Part shown: in pieces, positions 17,421-25,479 of the stretch
Layout: each line of letters opens with the position of its first letter
Numbering within the stretch: the first letter of the stretch is position 1
From: a virus
Lineage: Duplodnaviria > Caudoviricetes
Length of the DNA stretch: 64,000 nucleotides
Reading direction: 5' to 3' (one strand)
IMG/VR virus record: IMGVR_UViG_3300037780_000034
Span: 128,001-192,000 of that record
Notes under the pieces: model-generated
What the model saw: only the letters and a program-made list of their open reading frames with translations
Databases searched by the model: none
Told to the model about the DNA's origin: nothing
Made by a program: the position numbers and the translations under genes

Positions 17421-17497
17421 CTCCACGTAGCTCAACTGGACAGAGCGAGTGACTTCTAATCACTAGGTTGAGGGTTCGATTCCTTCCGTGGAGGCCA
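17421..17497 (+). tRNA. tRNA-Arg(TCT)
   Basis: canonical cloverleaf. Confidence 0.95.
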
Positions 17498-17561
17498 TTT
17501 CTTATACTACCTTATACCCTACTAACAGGTATAAATACCTATGAACTAGGAGAATACTATA

Positions 17562-17957
17562 ATGAGCATTTCAAACCAAAAAGGTGATATAGGGGAAGCA
17601 CATTTTGTTTTAAGGGCTACTGAAAAGGGATATTGGACTGGAAAAATGCCACAAGACTGCCCTTATGATTTTGTATTGGATAGAGGAAAAGGATTAGAGC
17701 GTGTTCAGGTAAAATACAGGTCTAGTGCAAAAAAAGGTTCAATACAAATTAATTCCTTTAATTCAAGTCCGCAATCAAATAGAACATATAACGGTTTCGT
17801 TGATCAATTTGCAGTATATAACCCAGAAACATCAGAAGTATATCTTATTCCAGCTAATTTAGTAATGGAATCTGGTGCTTCTATTTTTAGAGTAGAATAT
17901 CCTAAAAATAATCAACTAAAAGGTGTAACTTTTCTTTCTGAATTCAAAGAATGGTAG
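17562..17957 (+). CDS. PD-(D/E)XK endonuclease (group I intron-associated type)
   Basis: KGDIGE, YDFVLD, RVQVKY. Confidence 0.8.
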   Translation: MSISNQKGDIGEAHFVLRATEKGYWTGKMPQDCPYDFVLDRGKGLERVQVKYRSSAKKGSIQINSFNSSPQSNRTYNGFVDQFAVYNPETSEVYLIPANLVMESGASIFRVEYPKNNQLKGVTFLSEFKEW

Positions 17958-18096
17958 TTCGAATCTTACTTGCAGCACCAATAAAAATATTGTATTGAAC
18001 CCCACTATTCATATGCTGAGTGTTTTAGACCTGACACTGTGAAGCGAATATGCGTTCAATACCTGCTAGGGGAATTGGTCCCTCCTAGTCAGTTTT

Positions 18097-18170
18097 GGCC
18101 CCTTGGTATATGGATATTACGCTCGGCTGTCTACCGGGAAAAACGGGTTTGAGTCCCGTAGGGGTCGCCA
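18097..18170 (+). tRNA. tRNA-Asp(GTC)
   Basis: loop CT-GTC-TA; G73. Confidence 0.9.
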
Positions 18171-18577
18171 ATATAGACTGTGACGTAATCGGCCCTTGTG
18201 AGGAACGCTCCCGTAACCAGTCGGGTTAAAGTTGCAAACAACCCAGTCTATAAAATAAAGTCCTATGTCCGACTTACCGATTTTGGTATTTTGGCTTAGG
18301 CACCAGTTTGATCTAGATACTTTTATTTTTGGAGCAAGAGTAGTCGTGTGTGATGATAAAAATGAAAGTCGTTTCAATGCTAGACAACATTCGGTTCAAG
18401 GACGTGCGAACCAGTATTATGACACCTGCACGTTGACCCTGAAACCAGTGTGCAGCATTATACGATGGGTAACAGTCTGGAGAGTGACAGACATATATGC
18501 GAAAAGGGTTTTTAGTAGTATGTGGTAATTCTTAAACCCTGAAATATCCATTAAGATCGTCGGTAGGCCACATATTT

Positions 18578-18652
18578 GGGGGATTGGTGAAATCAGGATC
18601 ACGTAGGTGTTGCATACCTAAATTATCGGGGCAGGTCCGATATCCTCCACCA
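18578..18652 (+). tRNA. tRNA-Ala(TGC) with a non-canonical T loop
   Basis: G3.U70, A73; loop GT-TGC-AT; T loop GGCAGGT. Confidence 0.8.
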
Positions 18653-18812
18653 TATAAATAAAGGATATGTTATGATTGGTTTAATATTTTTATCATTTAG
18701 TCCATTGTTTTTGATAGCATCAAATGACTATTTTGGTAAAATTTCTTCTATAATTTGTGCTGTTATTGGCATAACCATAATAACTATATCTCTGTTAATG
18801 TAAGGAATAAAA

Positions 18813-19142
18813 ATGTCATATGAAAAACCACTTCCTAAACCATTATATCCGCCAGTTGACCAAGGTTCACTAAAAGCTTTTGAATATTACAAAGAATTTA
18901 TAGAATATCTTGGAGCAAAGCCGGTAAATCATACTGAAATAGAAAATGGTGATACCACAAGTTTAGAACATTTGTTATGGATGTGTAATCATTGTATACC
19001 AAGAATTCGTGATGATGGATTAGGATTTAATGTTTCTAAGTATTCACGATGGTTAGGATACATACAAGGTTGTTTAATTTGTAAAGGTTACACAAGTGTA
19101 GCACAAGAAAGAGACAGAACAAGAAACTTTTTTAATGAATAA
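18813..19142 (+). CDS. hypothetical protein
   Basis: RBS AAGGA. Confidence 0.65.
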   Translation: MSYEKPLPKPLYPPVDQGSLKAFEYYKEFIEYLGAKPVNHTEIENGDTTSLEHLLWMCNHCIPRIRDDGLGFNVSKYSRWLGYIQGCLICKGYTSVAQERDRTRNFFNE

Positions 19143-19148
19143 TCTTTT

Positions 19149-19368
19149 TGGATCAGTTCAGCAAACAATATTTCCGTGAAAAGGACCGTGACGGTGGTGC
19201 AAATCCGCCCTTCCCCGCCACAGATACACTATGACAACATAGACGGGTTAATCGCCGTAGGAACGAAGCAGTTTCCAAACCAACGATAGGAAGAGTTTGT
19301 CGTCTTCTGTAGTGTATCTTTGACGGGGAAGTAGCTCAGTTAGTAGAGCAGGTAAAAAGTTGATCCAG
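19149..19368 (+). ncRNA. cassette 8 carrying a circularly permuted tRNA-Phe(GAA)
   Basis: TGGATCAG-TTCAGCAA ... TTGATCCA-G; 3' half 19174-19220, 5' half 19325-19353. Confidence 0.85.
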
Positions 19369-19656
19369 TTAATATAATAAAGAATCGTCTAGCCATCTTA
19401 TTACAGCGTGATCCAAAACAAGTTTAGCATCTTCAACTGATATATTAAACCATTCTCCACTTATTCTTTTGTAAGATATCTCACTATGTATTTTACTTTC
19501 CATAATTCTTGTTTTTTCATCTGGAATTTCAACATAATAATGAAGATAAAGTTTATCTGGATTTCCAGTTTGTAGGTTCTTTAGCCTACGATGTGGGTCT
19601 TTTGCAAACCCAATCTTTTGACGATTTTCATTGTTACCTATAATATAAATATACAT
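19369..19656 (-). CDS. small GIY-YIG nuclease (T5orf172-like)
   Basis: YIYII...KIGFAKDPHRRLKNLQTGNP...GEWF. Confidence 0.85.
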   Translation of the reverse strand: MYIYIIGNNENRQKIGFAKDPHRRLKNLQTGNPDKLYLHYYVEIPDEKTRIMESKIHSEISYKRISGEWFNISVEDAKLVLDHAVIRWLDDSLLY

Positions 19657-19858
19657 ATAACTATTTATGGAGATTAAAAAATGGACTCACCGTTTAAAAC
19701 ACAATTTGACTTACCGCGTGCTGGATTAATTAGACAAGAATTAATTACATATGAAGATCGTGGTGGGGTAATATTTAAAATCACTACTATAAGAAATTTT
19801 CATAACGGCGACTATATAGATTCACAAACTATTGTCCCTATCGTAGAAAAATAACATT

Positions 19859-19944
19859 GCTGAAGTCCCATAGCGGCGATTGGAAAGGTTTTGTAATCCT
19901 TCGGTTAACACCCATCGTGAGTTCGAGTCTCACCTTCAGCACCA
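19859..19944 (+). tRNA. tRNA-Thr(TGT) with a class II body
   Basis: AAGGT/TCCTT stem, loop TT-TGT-AA; 15-nt variable region. Confidence 0.8.
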
Positions 19945-19967
19945 ATATACAATACAAAAATTATTTT

Positions 19968-20044
19968 CCCGACTTAGTGTTTAGCGGTTAGCACGGATGA
20001 TTGTGGATCATCAAGGCCAGATTCGAATTCTGGGGTCGGGACCA
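19968..20044 (+). tRNA. tRNA-His(GTG) lacking G-1, with A73
   Basis: CCCGACT/GGTCGGG-A-CCA, preceded by T. Confidence 0.9.
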
Positions 20045-20052
20045 AATATTAC

Positions 20053-20144
20053 GGAAGTATGGCAGAGTCTGGTTTATTGCATCTGCTTTGAACGCAGAAG
20101 AACGTGAAAGCGTTCCGTGGGTTCGAATCCTACTGCTTCCGCCA
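20053..20144 (+). tRNA. tRNA-Ser(TGA)
   Basis: class II cloverleaf. Confidence 0.95.
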
Positions 20145-20152
20145 AAATTTAT

Positions 20153-20241
20153 AGGGGTGCGCCAACGTTGGAGTGTTGGGCTGGTCTCCAAAACCAGTGT
20201 TTGAAAAAACTTAGTGAGTTCGAATCTCATCACCTTTGCCA
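20153..20241 (+). tRNA. tRNA-Trp(CCA) with a long variable arm
   Basis: loop CT-CCA-AA; G73; 16-nt variable region. Confidence 0.85.
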
Positions 20242-20261
20242 ATATAAAACTCAGGAAAATT

Positions 20262-20486
20262 ATGAAACAAAGATTACCATATGCAACAAGAAATCTTAAA
20301 AACTTTATAACCGCAGTATATCCACTTCTATTAGATGATAGATATATTGATATGACTGAAAGTCAATTTGTTAGTGAAGTTATGAAAAATAGTGGAGGAT
20401 CACTAAATCCAAAAACTATAATCTCAGTATATAATTCACTTATGAGTGATGCAGGGTTGGAGCCATTATATGAAAATCATAAATAA
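20262..20486 (+). CDS. hypothetical protein
   Basis: RBS AGGA. Confidence 0.55.
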   Translation: MKQRLPYATRNLKNFITAVYPLLLDDRYIDMTESQFVSEVMKNSGGSLNPKTIISVYNSLMSDAGLEPLYENHK

Positions 20487-20587
20487 TAAAAGATGGAAAA
20501 TACAATCTAAACAACAATTTGGCAATAAGATAACTTATATAATCAAATGTGTAGAATTTCCATCTGATATAAGAAGGATTTCTATTA

Positions 20588-20845
20588 ATGGATGGGAAAA
20601 ATACCCAGATGCCGACAGTTGACCAATTAGCAGAAATTGCTATGGAAAGTGAAATTACTGATCCAATAGATTGGGGAATGTTAGTTGTATCTGAAAAACA
20701 CGCATACAAAATGATGGCTTCATATGTGTTGGAAATGGCAGAAACACAAAAAAATAACAAACATTTTGATACTATATTGATGGCAACTATAACCAAGTTG
20801 CTTGTTGAAAATTTTGTATTAAATTTAAAAGTTAATAATAAATAA
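20588..20845 (+). CDS. hypothetical phage protein
   Basis: IDWGML motif recalled from jumbo phages. Confidence 0.65.
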   Translation: MDGKNTQMPTVDQLAEIAMESEITDPIDWGMLVVSEKHAYKMMASYVLEMAETQKNNKHFDTILMATITKLLVENFVLNLKVNNK

Positions 20846-20864
20846 TCTCTAAGGAGATTATAAT

Positions 20865-21143
20865 ATGAAATTAAAAGATTTTGCTATAATAAAAACCAGT
20901 TTTTCAGATGCAGATTTTTGGTTAGTCAGGCGTGGAAGTATTGATATGGTTGGAAAACCTGTTAAAAATTATGATCCAGAATACATCGGTGTTAAAGTAA
21001 CTAGTGATAAAATACTTCCAAATTTTTTATTTTATTGGTTTATGAATTTTCATAATACAGGATATTGGAAAACTGTTGCAACTGGAGCAACAAACCTTGT
21101 TAATATAAAAACAGAAGATGTTAAAAATATACCAGTAGGATAA
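20865..21143 (+). CDS. small protein resembling a type I R-M specificity (TRD) fragment
   Basis: ILPNFLFYWF...ATGATNLVNIKTEDVKNIPV. Confidence 0.5.
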   Translation: MKLKDFAIIKTSFSDADFWLVRRGSIDMVGKPVKNYDPEYIGVKVTSDKILPNFLFYWFMNFHNTGYWKTVATGATNLVNIKTEDVKNIPVG

Positions 21144-21148
21144 TTATA

Positions 21149-21574
21149 ATGAAAGAGTTAGATTTACTATATGATAGTGTAAGAATAAAATTAGGTCAAA
21201 AACAGAGAGACCCAGATTTAGATGATTTTATGGAAGAATACTATGAAATTACAAGTCCTCATCCTTTTGATAATGTAACACGTATTTTGGGTAATACTGC
21301 TGTTCATATTTCTCCTACAAGTGATAATGAAATTCATATTCACGATATACTGTCTTTGCTACCAAGAAGTGGTGCAGGAACAGATGCAATGAAAGAATTA
21401 ATTAACTTAAGTGATAAGTATGGAATTCCTCTTTCTGGGTTTGCAAAAGCATATCATAAAGATAAAAAATTTATAACTGATACTGATAAATTGTTAAACT
21501 GGTATAAAAAACTAGGATTTACTGTTGTAAACAAACACGAAGATGGTTATGAAATAAGGTATAGCAAATATTAA
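21149..21574 (+). CDS. GNAT-fold protein
   Basis: PRSGAGTDAMKEL; LLNWYKKLGF. Confidence 0.7.
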   Translation: MKELDLLYDSVRIKLGQKQRDPDLDDFMEEYYEITSPHPFDNVTRILGNTAVHISPTSDNEIHIHDILSLLPRSGAGTDAMKELINLSDKYGIPLSGFAKAYHKDKKFITDTDKLLNWYKKLGFTVVNKHEDGYEIRYSKY

Positions 21575-21607
21575 TTATTTCACTCACGTATCCCCCTTGA
21601 TTACGAA

Positions 21608-22276
21608 TCAAGACAAAGGTAACTGGATGGAAATATAAATTTGTGATATTTCTAATTCAATTATTTTTTTTTGTTCTTCTAATTTTTTAATTTTTTTATT
21701 TATATTATCCAACTTTTTTTCTAATAATAATTTTTCTTTTTTTTTATTTTCGTTTATCTTTTTATCATATGATTTCCAAGAAACAATTCTTTTTTTAATA
21801 TATCCATTTTCAAGGTATGTTTCAATTTCTTCTGGTTTTACCTTGCAGCAGTGGCGTTCTTTTATATTGCTCATCCAAATTGTCCCATATTGACTATTGC
21901 CTTTTCCTGTTTGCGATTCGGACATTATGATACCTATATTTTTTCTTGCTCTTTCATATAGTCTTGTATTGACATATCTTTTTTGTGAGGATGATGAAGA
22001 ATACATACAAGTGAATGCTCTTACAACCTTTTTCCATCCATAACTTCCTTCATTAAGCATTTTGCAAAGCAAGTAATGACATAAAAAATGTTCACGAGCA
22101 GTGAGAAGAACAAGATTATTATTTTCGTCGGAGCCTCCGAGAGATTTTGGAATTATATGATGATTTTCGTAATAAACGTATGATTTATGCGTTGACCTTC
22201 TTTTTATTCTTCCGTTGATTTTTGCATTTTGTATTATTTTATAATATAATTTTGTATACTTATTAGTTAAAAACAT
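21608..22276 (-). CDS. HNH homing endonuclease (Mob-like)
   Basis: ENHHIIPKSLGGSD...LTAREHFLCHYLL; start MFLTNKY after RBS GAGGT. Confidence 0.85.
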   Translation of the reverse strand: MFLTNKYTKLYYKIIQNAKINGRIKRRSTHKSYVYYENHHIIPKSLGGSDENNNLVLLTAREHFLCHYLLCKMLNEGSYGWKKVVRAFTCMYSSSSSQKRYVNTRLYERARKNIGIIMSESQTGKGNSQYGTIWMSNIKERHCCKVKPEEIETYLENGYIKKRIVSWKSYDKKINENKKKEKLLLEKKLDNINKKIKKLEEQKKIIELEISQIYISIQLPLS

Positions 22277-22384
22277 ATTTACGAACCTCTTTTTTATTTT
22301 ATTTATAAAATTTATGGGTTCGCAGAATCCTTGAACACTATTGAATAGTTTGGTAATTTGGATGACGATAGAGGAACCAATAAA

Positions 22385-22476
22385 GGTCATATGACAGAGT
22401 GGTTGATTGTGCCTGATTGGAAATCAGGTGAACGTATAATAGCGTTCCATAGGTTCGAATCCTATTGTGACCGCCA
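22385..22476 (+). tRNA. tRNA-Ser(GGA)
   Basis: class II cloverleaf, G73. Confidence 0.95.
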
Positions 22477-22479
22477 TTA

Positions 22480-22878
22480 TTAGAATATTTGCTTTTCTAT
22501 TTTAAGTGATATTATTTTTTCGTTTGGAACATATCTCCAATAGTATTTTCCACAGTCTTTTGTTATTCCAAATACAGTATACGTAATTCCTATTTTTACT
22601 ATTATTGCGTCTTCTCCATCTAATAAAACTTTATCACCTTCTCGGAAGGTTCCTGACATTTTAAACATAGCCCCTTTTGCTATTTTGGTTAAAAAGTCTT
22701 TTATCCAAAGAGTAATTAAAAAAGAAAACAACACCAATATTATTGGAGTCATTATTTCAGAAATTGTCATTGATATATCACCTATTGAAATCATCGTAAT
22801 ATTACTCCATTTATAAATATTATTTAATATAACTAACAAAAATATAATATATGGAGAGATTTTTATGTCAAATGACAA
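22480..22878 (-). CDS. MscS-like small membrane protein (true start may be downstream)
   Basis: TM helix then FREGDKVLLDGEDAIIVKIGITYT. Confidence 0.6.
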   Translation of the reverse strand: MSFDIKISPYIIFLLVILNNIYKWSNITMISIGDISMTISEIMTPIILVLFSFLITLWIKDFLTKIAKGAMFKMSGTFREGDKVLLDGEDAIIVKIGITYTVFGITKDCGKYYWRYVPNEKIISLKIEKQIF

Positions 22879-23125
22879 AAAAACATTAATACACTATGAT
22901 TTATTTGGTGATCAATTATGTGACGAAGACGTAGTTATTGCTGCAGATGGGATTCGTGGTCAACTAAAAGTGTGTAAAATAATCAAACAAACTGAAAAAA
23001 TGATACGTGTAGAACCTATAAATAAAGATACTTACAGAGTAAGAAGCTTTTTACGATATCCAAGACATTTGATAAAAGTAGATAAAGAAAAAGCAATAGA
23101 ATATATTTTAACATTGGAATTATAA
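22865..23125 (+). CDS. hypothetical protein
   Basis: RBS GGAG. Confidence 0.6.
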   Translation: MSNDKKTLIHYDLFGDQLCDEDVVIAADGIRGQLKVCKIIKQTEKMIRVEPINKDTYRVRSFLRYPRHLIKVDKEKAIEYILTLEL

Positions 23126-23126
23126 T

Positions 23127-23492
23127 ATGCTTCAACACAAACACTTAATTATAAGAGCAGAAGTAACCAAACCATTAATAGATGAAACTGTAGCAGAAGA
23201 ATGGATAAAAGATATAATATCTCATATAGGTATGAAAATATTAATAGGACCATTTTCAAAATATTTAGATATTGCTGGAAATCGTGGATTAACCGTAGGT
23301 GCAATAATAGAAACAAGTCACGTTATATTACATAGTTGGGATGAATGTAGTCCTGCAATAATACAATTAGATTTGTATAGTTGTGGTCCATTAGACCCAT
23401 TAAAAGTATTTGAAAAATTACAAGTGTTTGATCCAATAAAAGTAGAATATAAATTTTTAGATAGAGATAAACAATTACAAATTATAGAATAA
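23127..23492 (+). CDS. speD: S-adenosylmethionine decarboxylase family (pyruvoyl) protein
   Basis: IIETSHVILHSW; LDLYSCG. Confidence 0.8.
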   Translation: MLQHKHLIIRAEVTKPLIDETVAEEWIKDIISHIGMKILIGPFSKYLDIAGNRGLTVGAIIETSHVILHSWDECSPAIIQLDLYSCGPLDPLKVFEKLQVFDPIKVEYKFLDRDKQLQIIE

Positions 23493-23524
23493 AAGGGGGG
23501 AACATATGTTCCCCCCTTTTTTTG
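23493..23524. terminator. palindromic terminator
   Basis: AAAAGGGGGGAACATATGTTCCCCCCTTTTT. Confidence 0.8.
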
Positions 23525-23568
23525 TTTGTTGAATAAATAGTATAATATAAAGTTAAAGGATATATTAA

Positions 23569-25479
23569 ATGTTAATATCTGAAATGATAACCCTATTGGA
23601 AGCAACAAAATACGATTCTATGTTTGATGTTATTACTGGCAATAAATTAAAAACAATTCCAGATAATGTAAAACAATCGTTTAAAGATGCTATAGATACT
23701 CAGATAAATTGGGCTAGAAAATATTTAAAAAAAGAAGATAGAATTATATGGTTTTTACGAGTCTGTAAAATTCATTATTTGGAAGTAATGTTAGGAAGAT
23801 TTCCATCTGATGAAAATATGAAAAATATCAGCAATGAAAGTGACAGATTAAAATTAACAAATGAAAAAAATATCATAATAAAAGAAATAAATAAAACTTC
23901 AAACAAAGCGGGTGGATTGCAGGCAGTTAGAGATATAGGCACTGTTAGAAGAAATTTAATACATTATATTGGACAAGATCAAATTACCAGTATTCAAAAT
24001 TATGTTTTTAAAAATGAGCATCCAAACGAATTATATCAAAAATTTGAAGAATTTGAAGAAGAATGGAAAGAAAAAGTAGGAAGGGATAGTGTTACCATCA
24101 AAGAAGGTGACAAACTTATACTGGGATTTGATGGAGGCACAAAAGGATGGTGGTTGTTAGACCGTGGTGCATGTCGTGAAGAAGGTGATGCAATGGGTCA
24201 TTGCGGTAATGTTCCAAGTATCAAATCTGGTGATAGAATACTTAGCTTTAGAACCCAAATAGAAGGAAAATATTGGAAACCTCATTTAACTTTTATATTA
24301 CACGGTGATGGAACGCTTGGCGAAATGAAGGGTAGAAATAATGATAAACCTAATGAAAAATATCATCCTTATATAATAGAACTATTAAAACAATCTGATT
24401 TAATCAAAGGTATAAAAGGTGGCGGATATCGCCCAGAAAATAATTTTAGTTTAAGTGATTTGGATAAATCTGATCAAGATGATTTAATTGAAATAAATTC
24501 AAACTTAATGAATGTTTTTCAAAGATATAGAAAAAATGGATTTTCAAAAGAAATATTAGCAGAAATAAAAGATAAAAATTATGAATCAAGTTTGCCAAGT
24601 GTTGAAAGTTTTGATTATCCAACAGTTACATTAGAAGAGTGGTCCAATTTAGAAGAATTTGCAAGAAATTTTGATAATGAAGTTTTAAATTCATTAATGG
24701 CAAAAATTGATATAGAAGAAGAATTGGAAAATGATAGATTAGATGATGATGAACTACAAGAAATTGCAGATGAAATCAAAGTAGATTCAAACGATTATTA
24801 TGATATATTAGAACGATTACCACAACAAATACTTCAAACTATGGCAAATGATTTAAATCTTAATGTAGATGTTACCAATTTTAAAGGAATAGATTCTTTA
24901 TCTGAAAATATTGACAAATCAAAATATGGAGACATAATAAGACGTGCCATTGTAAAAACAAAAAACCTAAATAGTCAGCCTATTAAAGATGATCCTCAAA
25001 CAGTTGAATTTATTAATTTTTTTATGAATTCTGTAATATTAAGATCAAGTAAAATTTATAGTGCATATTTAGAATACGATGAAAATAATATTTTTGAAAC
25101 AACATTTTCTTATAAGATTAGTTTTGATGATTTTGTTAATATATTAGAAGAATCTTTTAGTAGTGGTGATGCTACCGAAGATGAAGAAGCTTTTTATATG
25201 GCACAAGATGCAATCAATGAAGGACAATGGTTATCCGTTGATAGTTATGATATATATCAAACATTAAAAAATTTAAAAAAACAAAATAGTCAATTTTCTG
25301 ATTATGACGAAGATGACAGAGAGTTGTATAATTCGTTTATAAAAAGAATAAACACTACAAACGTTGATTTATCTAATTTAAATCCAATAGAAGTTGCACG
25401 AGAAGTAGTAAGAATGATAAATTTTAATGAAAATGCAGAATTAAAAAGATTAAACATTTTAGCAGGTATTAAAAAATGA
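23569..25479 (+). CDS. large late protein with a PcfJ-like central domain (paralog A)
   Basis: CREEGDAMGHCGN...GEMKGRNNDKP. Confidence 0.75.
   Translation: MLISEMITLLEATKYDSMFDVITGNKLKTIPDNVKQSFKDAIDTQINWARKYLKKEDRIIWFLRVCKIHYLEVMLGRFPSDENMKNISNESDRLKLTNEKNIIIKEINKTSNKAGGLQAVRDIGTVRRNLIHYIGQDQITSIQNYVFKNEHPNELYQKFEEFEEEWKEKVGRDSVTIKEGDKLILGFDGGTKGWWLLDRGACREEGDAMGHCGNVPSIKSGDRILSFRTQIEGKYWKPHLTFILHGDGTLGEMKGRNNDKPNEKYHPYIIELLKQSDLIKGIKGGGYRPENNFSLSDLDKSDQDDLIEINSNLMNVFQRYRKNGFSKEILAEIKDKNYESSLPSVESFDYPTVTLEEWSNLEEFARNFDNEVLNSLMAKIDIEEELENDRLDDDELQEIADEIKVDSNDYYDILERLPQQILQTMANDLNLNVDVTNFKGIDSLSENIDKSKYGDIIRRAIVKTKNLNSQPIKDDPQTVEFINFFMNSVILRSSKIYSAYLEYDENNIFETTFSYKISFDDFVNILEESFSSGDATEDEEAFYMAQDAINEGQWLSVDSYDIYQTLKNLKKQNSQFSDYDEDDRELYNSFIKRINTTNVDLSNLNPIEVAREVVRMINFNENAELKRLNILAGIKK

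Noticed and set aside
9517-19368. Cassettes as twister-sister ribozymes (CCGCAA and GGTGCAA-type T loops)
   Set aside because: The GCTCA-like cleavage strand opposite GCAA is absent and the pattern does not hold across copies. An Infernal search would settle it.
9517-19368. CRISPR array or integron cassettes
   Set aside because: Copies are irregularly spaced, stems differ in sequence, and no cas or integrase gene is present.
19149-19368. Permuted tmRNA
   Set aside because: No G3.U70 alanine identity or tag frame; it carries a Phe anticodon and a full D arm.
8121-20300. ORF-track entries overlapping tRNAs or cassettes (e.g. 8712-8954, 8886-9257, 11341-11571, 14027-14356, 14621-14803, 18117-18602, 19988-20299)
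   Set aside because: They translate structured RNA genes, with no RBS or protein motifs.
22316-22380. Possible extra tRNA (GGTTC...GAACCA)
   Set aside because: No D, anticodon or T arm; the 5' part belongs to the HNH regulatory hairpin.
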